Source: an uncultured bacterium
GTDB taxonomy: Bacteria > Planctomycetota > GCA-002687715
Reading direction: 5' to 3'
DNA: 64,000 bases
Assembly: GCA_902826835.1 (NCBI GenBank)
Contig: CADEGH010000023.1
Location: 6,220 to 70,219 of the forward strand
The notes under the pieces were generated by a model. It was not told where the DNA came from. It did not search any database and worked only from the letters and a program-made list of their open reading frames with translations. The translations under genes were made by a program, and so were the position numbers. Position 1 is the first letter of the stretch, and each line of letters begins with the position of its first letter. Shown here in pieces: positions 21,354-30,803 of this stretch.

Positions 21354-23885
21354 TCAACGCGATTCGATGGGTTGGCCGTCGCGGACCCATTGCCAGCCGG
21401 TGCCGAGGCGGCCGAAGACGCCGTAGGGGTGAAGGCCGAAGACCATGGAGCGCAAGTAGGTGGCCACGTCGGCGGGCATTTTTTGGCGCCGGGATTGGGC
21501 TTCCACCAAGAGGCGCTCGGCGGCGGCCTCTTTGGATTGGAGTTCCATGACGCGGGCGAGTTCGACGAGCGGCAGGGCCAGGTGTTCGTTGTGATCGGCG
21601 GCAGTGAGGAGCTCGCGCGCCGCGCCATCCAGGTCTCCGGCCAATTCCCGGGCTTTGGCGCGCGCCAATCGCGAAAACACCTCGTCTTGCCAAACCCAAT
21701 CGGGAATGGCCGACCTCCAGGCGACTATGGCCCGCTCGACCTCGGCGAGTCCGTGTGCGTGCGCGGCGTGCCAGGCCCATGCCGCGAGTAAGTGCCGTCG
21801 CGGCTCGGCGTCGAGAATGCCCCCGCGAGGCGCGACCGGGCCGTAGAGGCGCGCCGCCTCGGCGTAGGCCTCGAGCGCTCGCGCGGAGTCCCCGTCCTTC
21901 GAAAACCACGCCGAGTCCACCACCGCGCGCAGGTGCCACGCGATCGCCGATTCGGGCACCCGTGCGCCAAACCGGTGAAGCTCCTGCCGAGCGGCCGCAA
22001 GGTCCCCCTCCCCCATCGCGGCCACCGCGCCGTACCAATTCGGCCACGGTTCATCGGGCAGGGCAAGCTTGGCCTCGTTTGCGGCGCGTCGCAGGTCCTT
22101 CCAGGAGAGACCGGGTTCGCTAGGCTCTTCGAAGCCGGTGAGAATGCGCCACCGTAAGTGGGCAGCCAGGAGTCGCCCCTCCGGCTCCGTCGCTCTAGCC
22201 TCGTGAACCGCGAGGAGGTCTGCGACCTTCTCAAGCGTCGGCGGGGCGAGGCGGCGAATGCGGACCTGATCCGTCTCCTCCATCTCCCTGACCGAGGCCG
22301 CGGTGGCCGGGTAACTCTGCTCGCCGGTGCCTACCGCCGTGGGGCCGACGACCGTAGTTGGACGAGACTCCTCGGTCTTGAGAAGGAGTTCGAGCCAGGC
22401 GCGCATGAGGCGCATCGCTCCCGAATCGGTCGGCTCGGCGGGCCCGAGGACCGCCGACGCCTCCTCCGAGTGCCCGAGGGTGTCGAGAATCCAGGCGGCT
22501 TGAAACCGATGCCCCGGCGCTCGGCTCCGCATAGCCAGGGAGCGCGCATCGCTCAGCCGATCCAACTCCTGGTCCGCCAATGCTTCGTACGGTGCCCCCC
22601 GCCATGGGGCGAGGCGGGCCGCATTTTCCGTCGTGAGCGCGTGAACGCGCCACGTCTGGATTCCCCACCAAGAACACGCCATCACCAAGATCGCCCCCGC
22701 GGCGAGCCAGGGCAGCTTACGCCGATGCCTGAGCACGGCGCGCCGCCACGGCCTGGCCCGACGCAGGGTGGGCTTCGCCGGCATTTCACCGCGCGAGAAG
22801 GCCTCGAGATCCGCGGCAAAATCTCCCATCGTGGCATACCGCCGCGTGGGGTCGATTTCCGTCGCCCGGAGGATGATCGCCTCCAGGTCGAACGGAATCG
22901 ACGGATCCACCGCCGAGGGGCGTGGCGGCCCCTGGGTCTTAATTTGCTCGAATAGAGGCTCCCGCTGCGTCTGTACGAACGCGGGGCCGCCGGTCATCAA
23001 TTCGTAGAGACAGAGACCCAGTCCGTAGAGATCACTCTGCGGCGACACCGCCCCGTTGCCGCGCTGGAGCAACTCGGGGGCGAGATAGCGAGGGGTTCCC
23101 ATCACTCCGTCGATGGTCTGGGTGAGATCGCTTCCCTCGCCGGTGCGTGCGATGCCAAAATCGATGATGACCGGCTCTCCGAGCCGATCGACGAGAATGT
23201 TCGAGGGCTTCACGTCGCGATGCACGATGCCATGGCTGTGGACCGCGCCGAACGTGCGGGCGAGCCGCGCGATCAGGCGAGCCCGTTCTTTCATCGGGTG
23301 GAGCGCGTGCCCCTTCGATTTCACCGCCTCCCGCAAACCGACGAGAGTTTGGCCTTCGATCCATTTCATCGCCATCCACAGGCGGCCGTCCTCTTCGCCC
23401 ACCTCGTAGGCTGGCACCACGCCCACGAGTTCGAGCGCGCGCAGAACCCTCGCTTCGCGGCGGAACCGCTCGAGTTCGCGCCCGTCGGCGACTCCGAACC
23501 GATCGAGTACTTTGAGCGCGACGATGTGGTGATCTTCGCGATGGCGGGCGCGGTAGACCACGCCCCCTCCCCCCTCCGCAATTTTCTCGAGGATTTCGTA
23601 GGCCCCGATCTCGTGCGGAGTGCGTCGATCCCGGAGGGGGGCCACCAATGCGGTGGCGTCTTCGGCGACCGTCGAGCCGGCGCTCCCTCCGAGGGGATCC
23701 TCCAACAAGACCGCCAGGTCCGCCGCGAACCGCGGATAGCGCGCCAAGTAGTCCTCGATGGATGGCCGCGCACCCTCCTCCTGCTCGAAGAGGAACTGCG
23801 CGACGACCTCCTCCAAGTCCTGTTCGCGCCGCGTGCGGGACCGGGGTTCCGGCGACTCGCCGCTGGGCCGCCCCTGGTCAGCCAC
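21354..23885 (-). CDS. Membrane-anchored Ser/Thr protein kinase with a large extracytoplasmic C-terminal domain
   Basis: Hanks kinase motifs: glycine loop GGGGVVYRA, catalytic loop HRDVKPSNILV, DFG, and APE (GTPRYLAPE). One TM helix (LPWLAAGAILVMACSWWGIQTW) precedes a C-terminal helical/repeat domain of about 450 aa. GTG start at 23885. Confidence 0.85.
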   Translation of the reverse strand: MADQGRPSGESPEPRSRTRREQDLEEVVAQFLFEQEEGARPSIEDYLARYPRFAADLAVLLEDPLGGSAGSTVAEDATALVAPLRDRRTPHEIGAYEILEKIAEGGGGVVYRARHREDHHIVALKVLDRFGVADGRELERFRREARVLRALELVGVVPAYEVGEEDGRLWMAMKWIEGQTLVGLREAVKSKGHALHPMKERARLIARLARTFGAVHSHGIVHRDVKPSNILVDRLGEPVIIDFGIARTGEGSDLTQTIDGVMGTPRYLAPELLQRGNGAVSPQSDLYGLGLCLYELMTGGPAFVQTQREPLFEQIKTQGPPRPSAVDPSIPFDLEAIILRATEIDPTRRYATMGDFAADLEAFSRGEMPAKPTLRRARPWRRAVLRHRRKLPWLAAGAILVMACSWWGIQTWRVHALTTENAARLAPWRGAPYEALADQELDRLSDARSLAMRSRAPGHRFQAAWILDTLGHSEEASAVLGPAEPTDSGAMRLMRAWLELLLKTEESRPTTVVGPTAVGTGEQSYPATAASVREMEETDQVRIRRLAPPTLEKVADLLAVHEARATEPEGRLLAAHLRWRILTGFEEPSEPGLSWKDLRRAANEAKLALPDEPWPNWYGAVAAMGEGDLAAARQELHRFGARVPESAIAWHLRAVVDSAWFSKDGDSARALEAYAEAARLYGPVAPRGGILDAEPRRHLLAAWAWHAAHAHGLAEVERAIVAWRSAIPDWVWQDEVFSRLARAKARELAGDLDGAARELLTAADHNEHLALPLVELARVMELQSKEAAAERLLVEAQSRRQKMPADVATYLRSMVFGLHPYGVFGRLGTGWQWVRDGQPIESR

Positions 23886-24498
23886 GCGGATTGGCCTCGA
23901 CCAAGTTTTTCATCTTGAGCCGCAGCCGGGCGTCCGTTTTTGCGAACCGCATCCGGACGGCCCGATCCGTCACTCCGAGTCGCGCGGCAATTTCCGCCGC
24001 CCCGCATCCCCGCATCCGCAGCCGATAGATCAGCCGATCCATGCGCTCGCACTCGCGCAGAAAGCGGTAGCGCCATCGGCGGAGTTCCTCCAAGCTCAAC
24101 CGCGTCATGGGGGTGAGCTCGAGGTCCTGGGGTTCCCGATTCTCGGGCAGTGCGGCCCGCCTGATGACGTACGGCGCACCGGCCTTCCGCAGCACCACTC
24201 GGGTAATGATCCCCCGGAGCCAACGGGCGAAGCTACGCGAGTCCTCCATTTCGAAGCTGCCAATCCGCCGCAGGACGATTTGATACGCATCCTGCAAAAT
24301 GTCCCTCGTGTCGTCGAGGCTCCGCAGAGAGGTGCCCAGTCGCTTCTTCGCAAAGCGCAGCATCATGGGTTCGTGCATGCCGAGGAGGCGAGCCACGGCC
24401 TGGCCGTCGCCCGCTTTTGCCTGCAAAACCAGCCGTCGAACCCCCTCGATGGTGCGATCGAGGTCGTCCACGGGCCCCTGATTCGGAAAAGTCGTCAT
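23878..24498 (-). CDS. RNA polymerase sigma-70 factor, ECF subfamily
   Basis: The internal Met at 24498 (MTTFPNQG...) opens sigma-2 and sigma-4 regions (LRSLDDTRDILQDAYQIVL... and ELRRWRYRFLRECERMDRLIYRLRMRGCGAAEIAARLGVTDRAVRMRF). Its stop TGA overlaps the GTG start of the kinase (GTGGCTGA). Confidence 0.8.
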   Translation of the reverse strand: MTTFPNQGPVDDLDRTIEGVRRLVLQAKAGDGQAVARLLGMHEPMMLRFAKKRLGTSLRSLDDTRDILQDAYQIVLRRIGSFEMEDSRSFARWLRGIITRVVLRKAGAPYVIRRAALPENREPQDLELTPMTRLSLEELRRWRYRFLRECERMDRLIYRLRMRGCGAAEIAARLGVTDRAVRMRFAKTDARLRLKMKNLVEANPRG

Positions 24499-24625
24499 GG
24501 TGGGGGATCGGATCGTAGCGAGTCGCGCCCCGGTCGGCAGTATAGGGCAGGAAGTTCTTGGAGGCGCGGGTTGCTTCGGGATAAGCTCCCACAGTTCCCT
24601 CTCTTCAATCCTGCCTGACACACCC

Positions 24626-26326
24626 ATGAACCGACGCGCGCCCGCCCGCCGCTCCCCCTTCGGCGCTGGCTGCCTCTGCCTCTGCGCTGCCCTTTGGGGC
24701 AGTGCGGGGATGGCGGCGGCGCAGCCGCCCCAACCCGAGAACCAGGGAATCGTCTTTTCGGAGTTCCACCACGTCTCAACGCCGGGTGTCGGCTCGCTTC
24801 CGACTTACATCGAACTGTTGAACCTCAGTATCACCCGCGCCGAGACGGTGTCGGGGGGAATCATCAGCGTGCAGCGGCCAGGCCAATCCCTGGTCCAGAT
24901 CACAATTCCGCCCGGAGTCGTGATCCCGCCGGGAGGAACCCTCGTGCTGTCGGGCGGCGTGATCACCAACCCGTCGGGCACCGGGCAGATCCTGAACGCC
25001 ACCGTCCTCTTCGCCGACCCCCAGATCCTCGCTCAGGGAGCGAGCGTGCGCCTGTGCCTCCAGATTCCCACAGTTCCCCCGAGCTTCGACCAGGTCGACC
25101 TGAACGTCACGATGGCCCAACTCGCGCAGTTGCAAAGCTGCAACCAAGCCACCTGGCGGGGTCCCTCACTCAACAATCCCTTTGCTCGAGTCAATCGGGT
25201 TCTTTACGTCGATTCGGACACCTTTTACGACTGGGATCCGGGCGCCGTCGGATCGCCACCTTCGGTACCTACCCCGGCCGGGGTGAATCTCGATCTCGAT
25301 CACGTCAACGGTTTCTTGTTCCGCAACCCGGCCACCGGCCAGGGAATCCCGATTCCGGGTATGACCAATCCGATCAATGCGCCGGTGTCGGGCCTGCCGC
25401 CGCAGATCATCAGCGGCGCTCAGCCCACGTCCGGCTCCATCACCATCGCGGCCGGCCGATGCCGGGGCGTTTCCGTGCCGAATCACCCGCGCTTCCCGAA
25501 CGGAATCTTCGATCCTCTGTTCGACCCGGTCATTTTCGACAGCACGATGCTCGTCGGAGGGACGGTTGCGATCCAGGGAGCCGTCCTGGGCCAGGATCCC
25601 TTCTTTGGCCAGATGACCATCCCTGCGCTGACCTGGAATCTCACGGTCCCACCGAGTTCCTTGACGGGACCGACTCCCGGCGTCCTCAACATCGACATGG
25701 CGTTGATGACCGAGGTGCCCGGCGGTCAGGAGTTCTTTCCGAACTCAACGGTGGGCAATCTCGGTCGGCCCCGGTTCAGCAAGATCATGACCGACAACAA
25801 TCCCAACGACTCCGGCGCCAGCGGGACGGGGGATCTGAGTGTCTCCCAGATCGACGTCCTGCCGAATTCGACCGGCGGCGGCGACATCTGGTGCGAGGTC
25901 ATCGCCTACAACGAAGCGGGGTACTCGATCATCGCCAAGGTCCGCAACTGGCCGGCCAATCCGAACAGTTGCAGCACTCCTAATTTGGGGATGGGCTCGA
26001 ACGCGGTCGGCAACCTCGACTTGATCGCCCTCTGCTTCCCGGCCAATTCCGAGATCTTCATTCTACCGACCCTGAATGTGGCTTCCCCCACCGGCAGCGG
26101 AGCCCTCCTCGGTATCAACCCGGATCCCGTGACCTTGGGCTTCCTCGCGGCGCCGCTGGGCGTGGACCCGGCCCACGTCACGACCACCGCGGACGGGCTT
26201 TACTTCTACGGTCTCACCGACCCGGGATTGAGCGGCCTGAGCCTCGACGCGATCGCCATCGAGTACCAGAGCGGGACTGGGTTTGTCCTACCGGCAACCC
26301 CGGCGAACACGATCACCGTTCTCTGA
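24626..26326 (+). CDS. Secreted lamin-tail-domain (LTD) protein
   Basis: The ATG at 24626 gives the signal MNRRAPARRSPFGAGCLCLCAALWGSAGMAAAQ. IVFSEFHH...YIELLNLS...SGGIIS matches the LTD signature (I-x-E-x-n-YIEL-N-x-S..L.GW.L). Confidence 0.55.
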   Translation: MNRRAPARRSPFGAGCLCLCAALWGSAGMAAAQPPQPENQGIVFSEFHHVSTPGVGSLPTYIELLNLSITRAETVSGGIISVQRPGQSLVQITIPPGVVIPPGGTLVLSGGVITNPSGTGQILNATVLFADPQILAQGASVRLCLQIPTVPPSFDQVDLNVTMAQLAQLQSCNQATWRGPSLNNPFARVNRVLYVDSDTFYDWDPGAVGSPPSVPTPAGVNLDLDHVNGFLFRNPATGQGIPIPGMTNPINAPVSGLPPQIISGAQPTSGSITIAAGRCRGVSVPNHPRFPNGIFDPLFDPVIFDSTMLVGGTVAIQGAVLGQDPFFGQMTIPALTWNLTVPPSSLTGPTPGVLNIDMALMTEVPGGQEFFPNSTVGNLGRPRFSKIMTDNNPNDSGASGTGDLSVSQIDVLPNSTGGGDIWCEVIAYNEAGYSIIAKVRNWPANPNSCSTPNLGMGSNAVGNLDLIALCFPANSEIFILPTLNVASPTGSGALLGINPDPVTLGFLAAPLGVDPAHVTTTADGLYFYGLTDPGLSGLSLDAIAIEYQSGTGFVLPATPANTITVL

Positions 26327-26395
26327 CCGGCTCACTCAGGCTCGGTAGCCTCGAGCCCACAATCGTGGGATGATGGCCTCCTACCGGGAGCCACC

Positions 26396-27757
26396 ATGCG
26401 CCACGCAATTTTGGGCCTGCTCGTCGCCGCCAAGGTCTCTGTCGCCCAACCTCCGGCGCCCCTGATCACGGGGATCCCCGGCGAAGAATTGGGCCATTCG
26501 ATGGTGTCCGCCGACTTCGACGGAGACGGACTCATCGACATCGCGGTTTCCGCGCCGCGCCACCAACTCGAAGGAACGTACACGAACTCGGGGCGAGTCC
26601 TGATCGTTCGGGGCGGCAAGGGAGACCTCAGCGAACGCCAGGCTCAGTGGAATGCGCGAGATGGGAACTGCCGGTTCGGCGCCTCACTCGGAATCGGAGA
26701 CCTGAATGGTGACCGCGCCCCCGACCTGCTCGTTGGGGCTCCCGGATCGGATCGAGCCCGCGGCGAAGCATTCGTCCTTCGCGGCGGGAAGGGCGATGGC
26801 GAGGCTGCCTTCGGCGGAGATCTTCGCCAGGCCGAGGTGTTCCTCTCGATCAAGGGAATCCAAGAACTCGGCGGCTTCGGCTCCAGCATAGCCGTCGGAG
26901 ATCTGAATGGTGACGGGCTCGCCGAGCTGATCGTGGGCGAGAGCGGCGTCTCGGTCGGGACGACCAAGAACTCGGGACGGGTGTGGGTGTTCGCCGGCCG
27001 CAAAGCCTGGAAGAGCGGAACGGCGAGCCTTCCCGGCGAGGGAGAGTTAGCGGCGTCGCTGGTCATCGTCGGTCGCGAGGGCGATTCCTTGGGTGGTCGC
27101 GTACTCGCCGAGGATGTGAACGGCGATGGAATCTCCGACCTCGTTTGTTCCGGCATCACCGGCACCCACGCGGGAGTCCCGGAGAGCGGTGCCGTCTTCA
27201 TCTGGATGGGCAAGAAAGACCTGCTCTCCAACTCGACCCTGGTGCTCGGCAAGGACGAGGCCGATTACGTCGTGTTCGGCAAAGGCGCCGGCAATCTCGG
27301 ATTCGCCCTGGCCTCACTCGACTTCGACGGAGACGGCAAAAAGGAGCTCCTGATCTCGGAACCCAAACGCAGCGTGAAAGGGGTGAAGGAGTGCGGAGCC
27401 GTGCACGCGGTGTCGATCGGGAGGATCGGTCCGAAGTGCGACCTGGGAGCGGCTGAGCTTGCGGGCGTCGTGTCCCGGTTCGGAATGGCACCGCACGAGG
27501 GCTTCGGCTCCTCGATTTGGGTGGGAGTCGCCGGTGGCGAGCCGGACTTGGATCTCGTCATCGGCGCCGCAAGTGCGGGGCGCGTGATTCTGCTGGAAGA
27601 TCCGGCGGACCTTCTCCTGAAGGAGAGTCGCGCCGTCGTGGGGCCGGGCAATGCTCGAGGTTTCGGCACATCCGCGGTTTTTGCGAAGGATGAGAAGGAC
27701 GGCCCCGGCCATCTCTTCGTGGGGGCTCCCGCCGGCGTGAAGGTCTTCCGCTATTGA
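26396..27757 (+). CDS. Secreted FG-GAP repeat (integrin-alpha-like beta-propeller) protein
   Basis: Signal peptide plus at least 6 repeats of FG..x..GDxNGDGxxDL (for example SADFDGDGLIDIAV, GIGDLNGDRAPDLLV, AVGDLNGDGLAELIV). Confidence 0.7.
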   Translation: MRHAILGLLVAAKVSVAQPPAPLITGIPGEELGHSMVSADFDGDGLIDIAVSAPRHQLEGTYTNSGRVLIVRGGKGDLSERQAQWNARDGNCRFGASLGIGDLNGDRAPDLLVGAPGSDRARGEAFVLRGGKGDGEAAFGGDLRQAEVFLSIKGIQELGGFGSSIAVGDLNGDGLAELIVGESGVSVGTTKNSGRVWVFAGRKAWKSGTASLPGEGELAASLVIVGREGDSLGGRVLAEDVNGDGISDLVCSGITGTHAGVPESGAVFIWMGKKDLLSNSTLVLGKDEADYVVFGKGAGNLGFALASLDFDGDGKKELLISEPKRSVKGVKECGAVHAVSIGRIGPKCDLGAAELAGVVSRFGMAPHEGFGSSIWVGVAGGEPDLDLVIGAASAGRVILLEDPADLLLKESRAVVGPGNARGFGTSAVFAKDEKDGPGHLFVGAPAGVKVFRY

Positions 27758-27800
27758 TTGACGGCCTGAGCGGCGTCGATACGAATGCCCACGCGCTGCG

Positions 27801-30305
27801 TCACTTTTTCTCGGTCTCGACAAATCGAATACCCGGCGCATCCGCGCGAGGAACGACCGGCAAGCGCACATGACTCGGGCGGGCCTCGTCGTGGTACACC
27901 GTGTTGTGAGCCACCAAGCTCTCCATTGCGGTGAGAGGCGAATCCAAAGTGTTCAGATGCCGCGCGTATCCGGGCCACCCCCAGGGAGTAACCCTGAGCT
28001 GAAGGCGATCCCCCTTCTCGAGCCTTTGCCCCGTGGCCCACAAGTCCACGGTAATTTCCACGACCGTCCCGGGCTTCACGAGGTGCACTGCGCGCGGATC
28101 CTTGGCGTAGCGCAGACGCTGGATACCACTAGCCATATGGAGGAGCTTGCCACTCGGCAAGAGTCGGTGGAGATTGACTGCAAAATCGGTGTCCACGGCA
28201 TCCGTGGACACATAGAGCACCGCGCTGAGCGGTCCGACCAATTCACAGGCCTCGGCCAGAGGCGGGGTTGTGTAATCCAGGTCGTCAGCCCGATCCTGCT
28301 CTTGGCTCTGATCGGCGGTGACCTGTGCGCCGGATAGATCGCCGTAGTCCGCATTGGTCTTCGGAAGAATCATGGGGTCGTAGCGCAAGACCTCAGACGG
28401 CTGTCCGGCCTTTCTCGGAGCGGAAAGGAGTCGGCCACCCCCGTCGCGCCGCAGGGCACCACCGTCGCTCGCCAAATAAAGCGAAGTCCACTGAGTTTCG
28501 GGCAGCGGCCAGTCGCGCTCTCCGGACCAACGATTGGCTCCCATGGTGAACACGAAGACCGGCGGTTCCGTGTCGATGCCGTTCTTGGTGCCCTTCAGAT
28601 AGCGATCGAAAAAACGAAGGATCCGAGCATCGAGGTCGATCATCCCCTCCGGTCCGAAATCGACGTCGCCGATGGAGCGCGAGCTGTTGAACAGATGCGT
28701 CCACGGGCCAATCACCAAGTACTGATGCCCTCGGGTGGCTTCGGATTTCGCGTGCTTCCGCATACCCGGAAAATTCTGGATCCCCCCGGGCATGTCGCCG
28801 TCGTACCAGCCGGTGATGTTCATCACCGGGATGTCGATCTTGCCGAAGTGATCTTGGTAACTCGCGGACTCCCAAAAGGCACGATCCTCGGGTGGGTGGG
28901 CCAACCACTCGTTGATGAACGATTTCTTGTCGAGACTCATGCTCTCGTCCAACTTGGAGAGAGGGAGCACCGACATGCCCTTGATCCAATCGATGCCCGT
29001 ACTGAAGTCCACCCCCTTATCCATCGACTCCAAGACCCGCGCCCACCAAGCGGCTCCCAAAAGGAACGCCCCGCCCTCGTAGGGAAAATTCTCGTGCGGA
29101 TCGGGAGGTGAAACTTGCGGCACGATGCACTTGAGCGCCGGATGCCCGGTCTTCGCGGCAAGCCACTGAACGAGGCCCACGTAACTCGCTCCGACCATCC
29201 CGACCTGGCCATCACTCCAGGGCTGTCCAGCGATCCAGGTGAGGGAGTCGGCGCCGTCCCGTGCCTCCGACGTGAACGGGAACCAGACGCCCTCACTCTC
29301 GAAGCGACCTCGAACATCTTGCGCGACGAACACATAGCCACGCTGAGCGTAGAAGTTTCCCTTCAGGGCTCCCTCAGTGGTGCGGTTATAGGGGGTACGC
29401 GCGAAAATCGTCGGGAACTTCCCCTCCCCTACCGGGCGATAAATGTCACAGGCCAGCTTGATTCCGTCGGTCATTGGAACCATGACCTTGCGCTCGATCA
29501 AAACCTTGTGGACCGGTTTAGAAAGCTGCTCTCGCCACGGACCGGAATCGACGATCGAGGTCGGCTGGTCGTCCTGGATGCGCAGGTCCGCGAAGCCGTC
29601 CAGGGAGACCGCAATCTTCTGCGAGGGAATCTCGATCCGCAGCGGCGCCCCATCCTCGCGACTCAAACAGAGCATTTCGAGTTTCGGCGGCGCCAGGAAC
29701 TTGGTGCTGCGAACGCGCAGCGCCTTGCCGCCATGACTGATTTGCATGACCCGGGTCTCGGCGATCTCGATCGGAAAACTCACTCCGCCGGAGAGTAGTA
29801 GGGCTGAGAGTTTGACCTTCGGCGCGAGCTTCCCCTCCGACTCCAGGCGTTCCACCGCCCGTGCGAGATCGACAAAACTCGCCCAGACCAGATTCTCGAA
29901 GACCACCGGAATGGTGCCGGACTCGATCGTGCCTTTCTTCTCCTTATTCGAGCCCTCGGCCTTGACGATGAACTCGGTGCCCACGAGCTCGAGAATCCCT
30001 GCGTGGTCTTTCCCACCCGACTTGGATTTCACGGAAACTCTGAGTCCGTCCTTCGTGGCCACCCGCTCCATCCGATACTCGCCACTGCGGGTGCCGAGTA
30101 GATCGAAGCTGCCCTCCGCGACCCACCCGTTTGGTCGCAGTTCCACCGTCTCGGACCCGATCTCCGCCCCCTGCAAGGTGGCCTTGAGTTCGAGGGGAAC
30201 CACTGGAGCGACCGGATCTGAAGTCTGGCCCAGGAGTGGACCCGAACAACCGATGAGGCAGCCGACCCAGACCCATTGAACGACCAGAGCTGCGTGTCGG
30301 AACAT
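27801..30305 (-). CDS. CocE/NonD family hydrolase (Xaa-Pro dipeptidyl-peptidase-like, S15)
   Basis: Signal from the internal Met at 30305. The region TPYNRTTEGALKGNFYAQRGYVFVAQDVRGRFESEGVW and the GxSYxG-like GASYVG nucleophile motif are typical of the CocE/NonD family. Confidence 0.75.
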   Translation of the reverse strand: MFRHAALVVQWVWVGCLIGCSGPLLGQTSDPVAPVVPLELKATLQGAEIGSETVELRPNGWVAEGSFDLLGTRSGEYRMERVATKDGLRVSVKSKSGGKDHAGILELVGTEFIVKAEGSNKEKKGTIESGTIPVVFENLVWASFVDLARAVERLESEGKLAPKVKLSALLLSGGVSFPIEIAETRVMQISHGGKALRVRSTKFLAPPKLEMLCLSREDGAPLRIEIPSQKIAVSLDGFADLRIQDDQPTSIVDSGPWREQLSKPVHKVLIERKVMVPMTDGIKLACDIYRPVGEGKFPTIFARTPYNRTTEGALKGNFYAQRGYVFVAQDVRGRFESEGVWFPFTSEARDGADSLTWIAGQPWSDGQVGMVGASYVGLVQWLAAKTGHPALKCIVPQVSPPDPHENFPYEGGAFLLGAAWWARVLESMDKGVDFSTGIDWIKGMSVLPLSKLDESMSLDKKSFINEWLAHPPEDRAFWESASYQDHFGKIDIPVMNITGWYDGDMPGGIQNFPGMRKHAKSEATRGHQYLVIGPWTHLFNSSRSIGDVDFGPEGMIDLDARILRFFDRYLKGTKNGIDTEPPVFVFTMGANRWSGERDWPLPETQWTSLYLASDGGALRRDGGGRLLSAPRKAGQPSEVLRYDPMILPKTNADYGDLSGAQVTADQSQEQDRADDLDYTTPPLAEACELVGPLSAVLYVSTDAVDTDFAVNLHRLLPSGKLLHMASGIQRLRYAKDPRAVHLVKPGTVVEITVDLWATGQRLEKGDRLQLRVTPWGWPGYARHLNTLDSPLTAMESLVAHNTVYHDEARPSHVRLPVVPRADAPGIRFVETEKK

Positions 30306-30405
30306 GACCGTCCTCGAAAAGGGAGTGTGAGATCGCGCCCAGTCTACGGGCTGTACTAGGACACATTTTCCCGCGAATCGGCCTGAATCGCTGGTAGGGT
30401 CCCTC

Positions 30406-30777
30406 ATGCCGACCTTCTCCCTGGCCCCGGATGCGCGTGCCGCGCTCGATCAGATCCGAGAGGCCTCCGACCACGCCGTCGTCATGGTCTTCAAGAAGAG
30501 CCCCACTTGCCCGATCAGCCACGAAGCGGAGGCCGAATGGCGGCGCTTCTTGCGCACCGTCCCCGAACCCACCCTCGTCGCGGAGATCGATGTCATTGCG
30601 GAGCGCGCCTTGGCTCGAGGCTTGGTGGCCGAACTGGGAATCCGCCACGAATCGCCCCAGGTCCTCGTGTTCGCACGGCAGGATCTCACTTGGCACGAAA
30701 GCCACGGCGAAATCACCGAAGGGTCCCTGAGGGGTCATCGGGATCAGGCGGCCCACCGGCTTGCCTCGACGACCTGA
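30406..30777 (+). CDS. YtxJ-like thioredoxin-fold protein (DUF2847; monothiol TCPIS motif)
   Basis: 123 aa; VMVFKKSPTCPISHEA matches the YtxJ family linked to the bacillithiol system in other bacteria. Confidence 0.6.
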   Translation: MPTFSLAPDARAALDQIREASDHAVVMVFKKSPTCPISHEAEAEWRRFLRTVPEPTLVAEIDVIAERALARGLVAELGIRHESPQVLVFARQDLTWHESHGEITEGSLRGHRDQAAHRLASTT

Positions 30778-30803
30778 AAGTCTAGCCTCCGGTCGGAATT
30801 CTC

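Noticed and set aside
21271-22234. Several 120-260-aa Arg-rich ORFs on both strands inside the Ser/Thr kinase gene
   Set aside because: Off-frame or antisense to a gene with complete Hanks kinase motifs. Extreme Arg/Pro content.
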